A DNA stretch of 64,000 bases, taken from positions 1,248,001 through 1,312,000 of the forward strand of contig CAWJQQ010000001.1 of assembly GCA_963845065.1 (NCBI GenBank), given 5' to 3'. The notes beneath the pieces are model-generated. The model was not told the origin of the DNA and searched no databases. It saw nothing but the letters and a program-made list of their open reading frames with translations. This document shows, piece by piece, positions 52,661-61,505 of the stretch (position 1 is the first letter of the stretch; each line of letters begins with the position of its first letter). Source of the stretch: Nitrospirota bacterium. GTDB lineage: Bacteria > Nitrospirota > UBA9217. The position numbers and the translations under genes were made by a program.

Positions 52661-55207
52661 TCAAGTCATAACCAAATAACTTAATGCCGTCTGCCTCTTC
52701 CGATTGTCTATTTGCTTTACCGCCATTGATAAAGCTTTTCTACTCCCGACAAAGACGCATAACTGCTTGGCTCTTGTTAAACCTGTATAGATAAGATTCC
52801 TGAAGAGCATTTTGAAATGCTGCGATGCAACGGGAATAATCACAGCGTCGAATTCACTCCCCTGGGATTTATGAATGGTAATCCCGTAGGCAAGGGCAAT
52901 TTCAGTCAAATCCTCATGCTCATAATTAATTGGAACCTGTTTCCCGAATTGAATCAGGCAGGAATAGTTTTCCAAATCAATAGATTTGATTTTCCCGATA
53001 TCCCCGTTGAACACACCTAAATCATAGTTATTGCGGGTCTGAATAACTCTGTCACCTTCTCGATAGATACGCTCACCTATCTGAATCTGTTTCTTTCCCT
53101 GATGCTCAGGATTAACAGCTTGCTGAATGGCTTGATTGAGGTTGAGTGTTCCAAGACTGCCCCTGACTTGGGGAGACAGAATTTGAATCTCAATGTCCTT
53201 CCCAAAATATTGAGGAATGGTCTTTGTATATAGTCGAAGAACCATATCAAACCCTGTCATGCCATGATGAAGGGTTGACCACGGATGAATGGATTTTACG
53301 ATTGCCTTCAGTTGCTCGATGTTTCCTTGAGCCTGATGAACTTTCAGTAAATCAACGTGCTTGAACTTTTCAGGGATGTTGAATATAGGGGCATGAATTT
53401 CAGAGGTATCATTGAATTCCTGTAACAATAGGCTATCAATCAGTAGGGTATCCTCTTCTTTTCTCATAACCCCCGTGATTTTATCGCCAGCCTGAACTAC
53501 CTGTTGCTCGCCGGTCGTAAGAGTATGTCTAATAGCTGCCTTTGCCCTTCCCAAGAACTGTAGCTGTTCCTGTGTTGCCTCTTCCGCGTCAATAAATATG
53601 CATCCCGCTTTATCTTTCCATAATTCAGGCTTATGGAACGGGGATTCAATCTTGGGGATTTGACCCTTGTTGATTTGATGGGCAAAACGGATAATCAAGT
53701 TCTCCTCAGCCTGGCGGAATACCTTGGTGAGTCTGAAACTCGGCACACAGGTTGCCTGTAATAAATCATGCAGCACATTCCCTGCCCCTACAGAGGGCAA
53801 TTGGTCTGGGTCGCCTATAAAGAGCACCTGTACGGATTGAGGGACAGCTTTCAATAGGGCAGCAGCTAAGTTTATGTCGAGCATTGAACATTCATCTATA
53901 ATCAGGAAATCAAGATGGAGCTGGTCATCCTCGCATTTCTTGAACCCATTCTTATCGGGTGTCCACTCCAACAAACGGTGAATGGTCTTTGCCTCATATT
54001 CAATAACCTCGCTCATGCGCTGTGATGCTCGACCTGTTGGGGCGGCGAGGACAACGCGCTTATTCATGGCTTGAAGCAGTTTTACAAGAACCTTAGTACA
54101 CGTGGTTTTGCCAACGCCCGGTCCCCCTGTCAGTATTGAAAAGGATTTACCGGCAATACCCGCGACCGACGCTTGTTGCTCATCTGAAAGAGCAATACTT
54201 TGCTTTTGACAATAACGTTCGAGCCAACTGTTTATTCGACTCTGGTCAACAGCAACGGATTGATTAACCCATTGTTTAACTCTCTTGGACACGTATAGTT
54301 CATCGAAGAAGATAGAATTGGAATAATAGGCTGTGACATTCTGACCCTTTTCATCGGGTAGAATTCTATTCTTTATCTCGTCAGCAGTAATTAGGGATTG
54401 AAGAATCCCCGTTATCTGTTCTGGTGTTCCCGTTTCAAGCAATTCCTGAGTGTTCTTTATAATTTGAGATTCAAAAAGGTAACAATGTCCATCATCCCGT
54501 GCTGACGCTAGGACGTGCTTAATCCCTGCTTCAATTCGGGGAACGCCGTCTTTTTGAAAGCCCATGTTGAGGGCAATCTTATCTGCCGAGAAGAACCCTA
54601 TACCATATATGTCTCGTGCGAGTTGATATGGATTACTTGAAACCCTGCTAATTACGTCGTTGCCATAGGTTTTGAATATCTTCACAGCAAACAGGGTGCT
54701 GATACCATATCCTTGCAGGAATATCATCACATCCCTTATTGCCCTGTGCTCCTGCCAACTGTTCTTGATATCTAACAGTTTTTTTTCCGCGATCCCCGGC
54801 ACCTTCAATAGTTCATTTATATTTTCCTCGAAGACCTGCAGCGTCTGCTCTTTGAAGAAGCAAACAATTTTATGAGCGGTCTTCGGCCCCACATTCTTGA
54901 TAAGTCCTGAACCAAGATATTTTTCAAGTGCGGCACTCGATGCTGGTTTTTTCTCAATAGCCCGTTCTGCCTTGAATTGCTCACCATGCTTCTGATGGTA
55001 ACTCCAAGTGCCGTAGAACTCCATTGAGCTTCCTGCAAAAACCTTGGCTTGATGGATAATTACAGATACCAGCTTATGAGGTTCATTAAAGGGGGATACT
55101 TTTAAGACTGACCAGCCATTGTCCGCGTTGTGGAATGTGACCCTTTCCACGATTCCTGAAAGGCGGACAAGATTGTCGGCTGATTGAGATTGAGGGGATG
55201 ATTTCAT
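52661..55207 (-). CDS. recD2: RecD2/TraA-family SF1B helicase
   Basis: HhH 'VPGIAEK', GGPGVGKT, APTGRAS, DECSM, GDPDQLPSVG, TIHKSQGSE, YTGLTRAK. Confidence 0.92.
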   Translation of the reverse strand: MKSSPQSQSADNLVRLSGIVERVTFHNADNGWSVLKVSPFNEPHKLVSVIIHQAKVFAGSSMEFYGTWSYHQKHGEQFKAERAIEKKPASSAALEKYLGSGLIKNVGPKTAHKIVCFFKEQTLQVFEENINELLKVPGIAEKKLLDIKNSWQEHRAIRDVMIFLQGYGISTLFAVKIFKTYGNDVISRVSSNPYQLARDIYGIGFFSADKIALNMGFQKDGVPRIEAGIKHVLASARDDGHCYLFESQIIKNTQELLETGTPEQITGILQSLITADEIKNRILPDEKGQNVTAYYSNSIFFDELYVSKRVKQWVNQSVAVDQSRINSWLERYCQKQSIALSDEQQASVAGIAGKSFSILTGGPGVGKTTCTKVLVKLLQAMNKRVVLAAPTGRASQRMSEVIEYEAKTIHRLLEWTPDKNGFKKCEDDQLHLDFLIIDECSMLDINLAAALLKAVPQSVQVLFIGDPDQLPSVGAGNVLHDLLQATCVPSFRLTKVFRQAEENLIIRFAHQINKGQIPKIESPFHKPELWKDKAGCIFIDAEEATQEQLQFLGRAKAAIRHTLTTGEQQVVQAGDKITGVMRKEEDTLLIDSLLLQEFNDTSEIHAPIFNIPEKFKHVDLLKVHQAQGNIEQLKAIVKSIHPWSTLHHGMTGFDMVLRLYTKTIPQYFGKDIEIQILSPQVRGSLGTLNLNQAIQQAVNPEHQGKKQIQIGERIYREGDRVIQTRNNYDLGVFNGDIGKIKSIDLENYSCLIQFGKQVPINYEHEDLTEIALAYGITIHKSQGSEFDAVIIPVASQHFKMLFRNLIYTGLTRAKQLCVFVGSRKALSMAVKQIDNRKRQTALSYLVMT

Positions 55208-55613
55208 GCTAAATGATTATACAGGATTCAGGTTATCAGGTAAAGTATTAGCGTGGAAACTGGATTTATTATTAGGTGGTCTGAAGCACTGGGACAAAAT
55301 TCATATTAAACATTGGGGTATATCTTGTGGTGCGATGTAAATAATGAATTATGTGCGTTTTAGTCCGCATTTGTGCAATCCAAATCAATGACATCCTTGT
55401 CAAAACTAAAAAGTTAAATCCAGCGAGATCGAAAGGATTGAATTAAGATAAAGTGCTGAAGTGTGAATGCTGCAATACAAATACTTTCCCGATGTCATTT
55501 ATAGCAAGAGAAATATTCTCGCCAAAAGGTTAAAAGTTTACTACGTTTTTCTACGTTCTGGAAATAGAAGTAATTTTTGCTGATGAGAAAAATGAGGTAA
55601 GTTGCTGATAGTG

Positions 55614-55673
55614 TGGTGCCGCTGAGCGGAATTGAACCGGTACGACAGTTGCCCGTCGAGAGATTTTAAGTCT
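55614..55673 (-). pseudogene. tRNA-Leu(TAA) 3' half, attachment-site core
   Basis: Minus strand AGACTTAAAATCT (anticodon arm), long variable arm, GGTTCAATTCC, GGCACCA; D-arm and 5' acceptor strand absent. Confidence 0.8.
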
Positions 55674-55728
55674 ACGGGAAACCGTTTCCCGATCAATCAG
55701 ACATCCTGCTGATTTTTATATATAATTT

Positions 55729-57002
55729 CATTAACGTCCGGTTAAAACTAAAAAGGCATGGCCTGAATACCTCGATTGTTGGATAATAGAATTCGCGAGA
55801 ACACTATTCCAGCAAGGAGGAACAAGCCATGCGCAAGTTGGAAACCATCTTCGGAGAACTGCTGAAACTTGTACCGAGATATCAATTCGAAAAAGCCGTA
55901 AATCAGTATCAGGGAGATCGATACGTAAAGTCGTATACGACCTGGCAACAGTATATCACGATCCTGTTCTCTCAGGTCAAGCAAAAAGACAGCATCCGGG
56001 ACATCGTAACGGGACTGGCGGCTAACGAGTCCCGATGGTATCACTTGGGGCTTACCGGTATTCACCGGAGCACCTTCTCGGATGCCAACAACAAACGGAG
56101 CTTTCAGATATTTGAGGATTTGTTTTATCATCTTCTATCTCGTTGCAAGGACTTGACGCCCAAACACCGGTTCAAGTTCAAAAATGAGTTGTATTCAATC
56201 GATGCTTCAGTTATCGATCTCTGCCTCTCGGTCTTTCCCTGGGCTAAGTTCCGAAAGACCAAAGGGGCGATTAAAATGCATTACCTTTATGACCACTCAG
56301 GGGCATTGCCGTCGTTTGTAACGATCACCGATGGTAAGAAACATGATGTCACGGTGGCTAAAGAAACCGGTTTTCCACTCTCTCCGGACAGCATCGTTTC
56401 CATAGATCGGGCGTATATCGACTACAAATGGCTGAATTCACTGGACGAAAAACGAGTCTGGTTCGTCACTCGTGCCAAGTCCAATATTGATTGTGTCATT
56501 ACCGGACAGCATCCGGTTTCCGGAAAAGGGGTCCTGAAAGACCAGATGATCCTTCTAACCGGAACCCGGACAAAGAACTATTATCCCAAAGAACTTCGAA
56601 TGATCGAGTTCTATGATGAGGAAACCAAGAAGCACCTGACGTTCCTCACCAACAATATGAAGCTTGCGGCCTCAACAATAGCGGCAATCTATAAATCCCG
56701 ATGGCAGATCGAACTGTTCTTCAAGTGGATTAAGCAGAACCTGAAGATCAAATCGTTCCTCGGGACTAGCAAAAACGCAGTTATGACGCAAATTTGGGTA
56801 GCAATGAGCTATTACTTGCTGCTCACGTATATCAAATACCAGACGAAATATGCTCATTCCCTGCTGACCTTGAGTCGCCTTATCAGGGAGACCCTTTTTG
56901 AACGAAAGAACCTTATCGATATCCTTACACTGAAACCTGAACGGCTCTTAGCAGTCCAGGATGAACTCATACAGGGTGCACTGTTTTAACCGGACAGCGA
57001 TG
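55729..57002 (+). mobile_element. IS4-family insertion sequence (1274 bp)
   Basis: IRs CATTAACGTCCGGTTAAAAC / GTTTTAACCGGACAGCGATG; 9-bp TSD ATATAATTT at 55720-55728 and 57003-57011. Confidence 0.9.
55829..56989 (+). CDS. IS4-family DDE transposase
   Basis: IDAS, DRAY, 'YKSRWQIELFFKWIKQ' YREK motif. Confidence 0.93.
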   Translation: MRKLETIFGELLKLVPRYQFEKAVNQYQGDRYVKSYTTWQQYITILFSQVKQKDSIRDIVTGLAANESRWYHLGLTGIHRSTFSDANNKRSFQIFEDLFYHLLSRCKDLTPKHRFKFKNELYSIDASVIDLCLSVFPWAKFRKTKGAIKMHYLYDHSGALPSFVTITDGKKHDVTVAKETGFPLSPDSIVSIDRAYIDYKWLNSLDEKRVWFVTRAKSNIDCVITGQHPVSGKGVLKDQMILLTGTRTKNYYPKELRMIEFYDEETKKHLTFLTNNMKLAASTIAAIYKSRWQIELFFKWIKQNLKIKSFLGTSKNAVMTQIWVAMSYYLLLTYIKYQTKYAHSLLTLSRLIRETLFERKNLIDILTLKPERLLAVQDELIQGALF

Positions 57003-57108
57003 ATATAATTTCGTAAAATCATTATTTTACATGCTTTTTTCACATCATCTTGAGTCGTCTACAGTCGTCTCAAATCGGCCTCAGTTTACTACGTTTTCAC
57101 TACGGTGA

Positions 57109-57306
57109 TTAATCCCTCTTTTGCAGCATATTATTCATGATGCTTTCGCAAGTACTCAACCACTTTATCTGCCGCATCGGAGAGATTCTTCGGTTCACGA
57201 TCTTGTAGCGATAGAGTATGCTGGTTGTATTGTGATCGGAGGCGTCCTTCGCCGGAACGCCTGCGTCGATGGAATTTTGCAGTGCAGTCCGTTGAAGGTC
57301 AACCAC
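57109..57306 (-). pseudogene. Tyrosine integrase C-terminal remnant
   Basis: DLQRTALQNSIDAGV...HNTTSILYRYKIV resembles HDLRRT...GH...Y catalytic boxes. Confidence 0.6.
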
Positions 57307-57425
57307 AAGGCCGCATGTGGTAACCAGCGACAGGGGAGGCCATTAAAAACCCCGGTAAAGAAAGTAGTGAAGTTTCATGTTGCAAAGGACGCAAAGGACG
57401 TGACCCTGGGGGAAAGTAATAAGAA
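57295..57425 (+). pseudogene. HU/IHF-family gene C-terminal remnant
   Basis: Frameshifted TGEAIK / TPVKKVVKFHVAKDAKD resembles HU arm 'NPATGEAIKIPAKKVVKFRVAK'. Confidence 0.55.
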
Positions 57426-57536
57426 GCAATTTCGGGGAAGTATGATAACAATGCAAGGGTCTTCTGAAGTAATGAATTAGAAGGCTCGTGTTGTTTCACT
57501 GTGAAGCACGGAAGTCGAAAAGGATAGCTTTTAATA

Positions 57537-57578
57537 TTGACAAATATTAATCCTTACATTATGATAATTTGGTAAGGA
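57537..57578 (+). promoter_or_regulatory. TA promoter with operator
   Basis: TTGACA-17-TATGAT with inverted repeat TCCTTAC...GTAAGGA bracketing the -10. Confidence 0.7.
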
Positions 57579-57586
57579 GGTTAGAA

Positions 57587-57817
57587 ATGAGATCAGTGAT
57601 AACATCCAAGTATCAGACCACGATACCCAAAGAAGTTCGAGATACGCTGAAGCTTTCCATCCATGACGCAGTCGAATGGCGGATAAACGGAAACGTAGTA
57701 GTTGTATCTCCCACACAACGGATATTCCTGACACGCAGGGGTGCCGTTAAAACCGGCAAGGGCGATATTGCCGCCGATATCGCGAAAGCTCGACTTATGC
57801 GCTCGGGGCGGCGGTGA
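57587..57817 (+). CDS. AbrB/MazE-type antitoxin (VapB-like)
   Basis: 'ITSKYQTTIPKEVR'; AGGAGG RBS; overlaps the PIN gene. Confidence 0.85.
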   Translation: MRSVITSKYQTTIPKEVRDTLKLSIHDAVEWRINGNVVVVSPTQRIFLTRRGAVKTGKGDIAADIAKARLMRSGRR

Positions 57818-58239
57818 AGCACTACGTCATAGATACGAATGCGCTACTGTCGTTCGTAACCGATCGTAATACCGCGCAGCAAGCGGTCATGGCTGGCGTC
57901 TTCGAGCAGGTTGCCGCAGCGCAAGCGACCATTCTGTGCCCTCAAAATGTAATCGCTGAATTCGTCTATGTGATGGAAACGGTATATCATCAGCAGAAGC
58001 CGTCCATTAGATCGATAGCAGCGGACTTTATTGCAATGCCAGGCATCACGATTGTCGATAAAACTAATTTTTCTGAGGTATTCTCTCTCTGGCCCGAAGC
58101 TTTTGAGGATTTCGGAGATGCCATCGTGGCCGTTTGCGCCAGATCAGCAAAAGGGGCCTCTGTCATTACCTTTGACCGCCAGTTCATGCGCAAACTTGCG
58201 TCTTGCCGTATTCCGTTCATTAATAGTAAATCTCGGTAA
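57814..58239 (+). CDS. PIN-domain toxin (VapC-like)
   Basis: 'IDTNALL', 'AEF', 'DFGDA', 'TFD'. Confidence 0.88.
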   Translation: MKHYVIDTNALLSFVTDRNTAQQAVMAGVFEQVAAAQATILCPQNVIAEFVYVMETVYHQQKPSIRSIAADFIAMPGITIVDKTNFSEVFSLWPEAFEDFGDAIVAVCARSAKGASVITFDRQFMRKLASCRIPFINSKSR

Positions 58240-58705
58240 ACTGAGAGGCAAAATACGATGGGATGTTGATCGTACAGAATTGCGAAGGTAGCGGAGAAGT
58301 AGATCTTGACAGACCGCCACTAAAATAGACGGCATATTACGATCAGTATTATTGACTCTTGAACGAAAATTCGGATTGAAGTCTGCAATTATTTCAATAT
58401 TCAATAACTCGCGAGATTCATCCTGTAGCAAACGGGTTTACATACATTGCAATAATACAATTTACAATTTGAATTTTTCATATATCTACCCTTAATAAAT
58501 CCTATCGGAATCCTATACGACATCAATACGCCATTGCTAGATGGGGCGTTGCTACCTTTGACATCATTGTGAATTAGGTATATATTCGGTCTCAATATAG
58601 AAACCGACGTGACATAATCATTGCTAAACCAGATAACATCGCAAATCCCAATCCCATATTAGATAGAGAGGCTATTCAATGACCTAGTGTAAAAAAACGC
58701 AGAGG

Positions 58706-59089
58706 GTGGCAACAATGTCAACTAATATCAGAATTATCCACGCGCACGACTTCGTCAGAGCAACCCCAGAAGGAATGCTCGATCTCAAATTGTCTAAAAA
58801 GCTACTTATAGAGCTCGCGTCAGCCACGGCCTCGTTGGTCGACTACGATATAATCCTCGACACTCGAAAGACGCAGGTAGTAATGTCTGTAACCGACCTA
58901 TGGTATTTAGCGTCTGAACTAAGCAACTTTGGCAAAGCCTTTTCTCGCAAGACTGCCGTTCTTTGTCCACTTAAAGACTTTGACCACGCTGAGTTCTTTG
59001 CACTCTGCGCCCAAAACAGGGGCTTCCTAGTAAGTGCATTCACTGATTTTGAGCATGCAATCGATTGGCTGACTGCAAACGGAAAGTGA
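58706..59089 (+). CDS. Hypothetical protein (STAS/SpoIIAA-like fold possible)
   Basis: 127-aa ORF; 'ILDTR...KTAVL...NRG...FTDFEHAIDWL' pattern. Confidence 0.6.
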   Translation: MATMSTNIRIIHAHDFVRATPEGMLDLKLSKKLLIELASATASLVDYDIILDTRKTQVVMSVTDLWYLASELSNFGKAFSRKTAVLCPLKDFDHAEFFALCAQNRGFLVSAFTDFEHAIDWLTANGK

Positions 59090-59470
59090 CACCTAATCGG
59101 GTAAAAGACAGCACTCGACTCTACCGCAGAAGATTACAGGAAGAGAGCGGGGAAAATAATAAAAAAAGACGTTGATGAAATCACTCCAGATAGCGGCGAT
59201 GCTAGCGATATAATAACGTAGAAAAGACGACATCACGCCCGTATACTCTAGATTTTTTCAGTTAAATCTAGAACAGACTTTAGTTGACATGACTTCCTAT
59301 GATTAAAGCTCGAATCCGTAATCCCGATTCGGATAAAATGGCTAATTTAAAATCGCAGCTGCAGCAAAAATTCGATTTTGTAAAATCCTCATACAGACAG
59401 CTGTAACTTAATTATAAAGTAGTACTACATATAATTGTTATCGTCTCAATGAAAAGCACTCAGGGTGATT

Positions 59471-60358
59471 ATGGCAGAAACGAATATGAAAACCGTATCT
59501 CTGGTTCTTGGAAGTGGCGGTGCTCGGGGTTTAGCACACATTGGCATTATTTACTGGCTTGAAGAAAATAATTATCAAATAAGTTCTATAGCCGGTTCCT
59601 CGATTGGTGCGCTCATTGGGGGGATATATGCAGCCGGAAAACTGGATGATTATGAACAATGGGTGCGTGCGATAAATAAGATCGACATCGTCAAATTGCT
59701 AGATCATTCCTGGGGAAAGAGCGGGTTGGTCAAAGGAGACAAAATTATCAACACCTTGGTCGGTCTCGTGGGAGAGCAACTGATCGAGCATCTGCCTATT
59801 CATTATACTGCTGTTGCAACTGAAATTAAGGGCCAGAAGGAAATATGGATTAAGTCGGGTAAGCTTTTTGATGCGATAAGGGCGTCGATGTCAATACCCC
59901 TTTTTTTTACTCCCTTTAAGCACAAAGGAGTCGATCTTATCGATGGAGGGGTATTAAATCCTGTACCCGTGGCCCCAACGATCGGTGACGGTACTGATGT
60001 GACTATTGCGGTAAATCTGGGCGGCTCTGCAGATAGTCAGGAACAACCGAGAGGCGAGAGTCCTGCTCCCGTGTCCCATTCATCGTTGTTGCAAGAAAGG
60101 ATCAATCGTTTTATAAACCACCAACGATCCGAGACAAGCATCACGGGCCGGGATTGGGGGGCGTACGATATAGCCGTTCAGGCGTTTGAGGCAATGCAGA
60201 ACACCATCGCACGTCAAAAGCTTGCTGCTTATCCACCAGACATCGTCATAGATATTGCCCGGAACGCATGCCGGTCATTGGAGTATGATCGGGCGTCCGA
60301 GATGATCGATTTAGGATATAGAAAGGCGAAAGAATGCCTGTCTGAAGCTGCCTGGTAA
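59471..60358 (+). CDS. Patatin-like phospholipase (RssA-like)
   Basis: GSGGARG, GSSIG, DGG. Confidence 0.92.
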   Translation: MAETNMKTVSLVLGSGGARGLAHIGIIYWLEENNYQISSIAGSSIGALIGGIYAAGKLDDYEQWVRAINKIDIVKLLDHSWGKSGLVKGDKIINTLVGLVGEQLIEHLPIHYTAVATEIKGQKEIWIKSGKLFDAIRASMSIPLFFTPFKHKGVDLIDGGVLNPVPVAPTIGDGTDVTIAVNLGGSADSQEQPRGESPAPVSHSSLLQERINRFINHQRSETSITGRDWGAYDIAVQAFEAMQNTIARQKLAAYPPDIVIDIARNACRSLEYDRASEMIDLGYRKAKECLSEAAW

Positions 60359-60835
60359 AAGCGGAACGATGGACACTAACATCGTGCTGCAGTGGGCCTC
60401 CAATTTTAGCAACTACCGCTGAACTTGAGACTAGTTCAGTGTAAGATTCAACCAGAAGACTGCATGTCCGTTGACAAATCGTCTATTCCACTCTAGTAGG
60501 TGAACTCGAGTTTCATATAATATTAGCTCTGGTGTAAAATTCATTTTGTATCTTTGCATTTTTGATAAAGTTTTCTGTTAACAAATCCATCCTCTTCTAA
60601 GAGACTTGTCAAGTTTTTAGTGACAGCTAATCTGTTAAAGTAGTGTGGTTGTGGCGAGCTGTATCTTACATTTTTATGATATAGTTTCAGTCAACAGCTC
60701 CTTCCTGTAATAGTCGATGGGTGAAATGATAAAAATGTACATATGTTCGCTGGAAATACATCTGACCAGTTGTAAAGCGAGTTAAAGAGGGGGAGTTTGT
60801 TGATTATCACCTTTGTGGAAAAGGAGGAATAAACA

Positions 60836-61441
60836 ATGAATCCAGTCGATCGTATTAAAGGGATTTTGCTTAAGCCTAAGGAGGAGTGGCAAACCATTTC
60901 AGGAGAAACCACAACTATTCCCGAGTTGTACAAGGGCTACATCATTATTCTAGCGGCAATCGGGCCAGTGGCCTCCATTATCGGAATGTCCATTGTGGGA
61001 ATTAGTTTACCTTTTGCAGGATCATTTCGGGTACCAATAACTACTTCAATTGTTTATGCGGTTGCACATTATGTCCTGACCCTTGTCGGCGTGTATATAT
61101 TGGCTCTCATCATTGATGCGTTGGCTACCACCTTTTCAGGGGTAAAGAATATGAACCAGGCTTTCAAGGTGGCCACCTATTCCTACACGCCTGCTTGGTT
61201 AGTCGGGATATTTATTATAATCCCTGCTCTGAGCGTTTTGGGCATTCTGGGCCTATATAGTTTGTATCTTCTTTACTTGGGACTTCCCGTTCTTATGAAG
61301 TCACCTCAGAAAAAATCGTTGGGGTACACAGTGGCCATCATTGTAGCATCCATTATCATTTTCGTGGTTATTGGCATCGTCTCTCGCTCCTTTATTTCAT
61401 ACCCCACGCCACCTAACATGCCCGTGCCTGGAGTGCGATAA
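60836..61441 (+). CDS. Yip1-family membrane protein
   Basis: 'ILLKPKEEW', five TM segments, 'YSLYLLYLGLPVLMK'. Confidence 0.85.
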   Translation: MNPVDRIKGILLKPKEEWQTISGETTTIPELYKGYIIILAAIGPVASIIGMSIVGISLPFAGSFRVPITTSIVYAVAHYVLTLVGVYILALIIDALATTFSGVKNMNQAFKVATYSYTPAWLVGIFIIIPALSVLGILGLYSLYLLYLGLPVLMKSPQKKSLGYTVAIIVASIIIFVVIGIVSRSFISYPTPPNMPVPGVR

Positions 61442-61505
61442 AGGATAAAGCAGAAAGCGTGTTAGCGTCGGCTGATTTTGAGTGTTAAAGTTTCAACCCG
61501 AATTC

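Noticed and set aside
55614..55673. Functional tRNA-Leu gene
   Set aside because: 5' acceptor strand and D-arm missing and the T-stem has a mismatch; treated as an att remnant
61411..61468. ACCTAAC...GTTAGCG attC-like pair at the end of the Yip1 gene
   Set aside because: L boxes do not pair and the site lies within coding sequence
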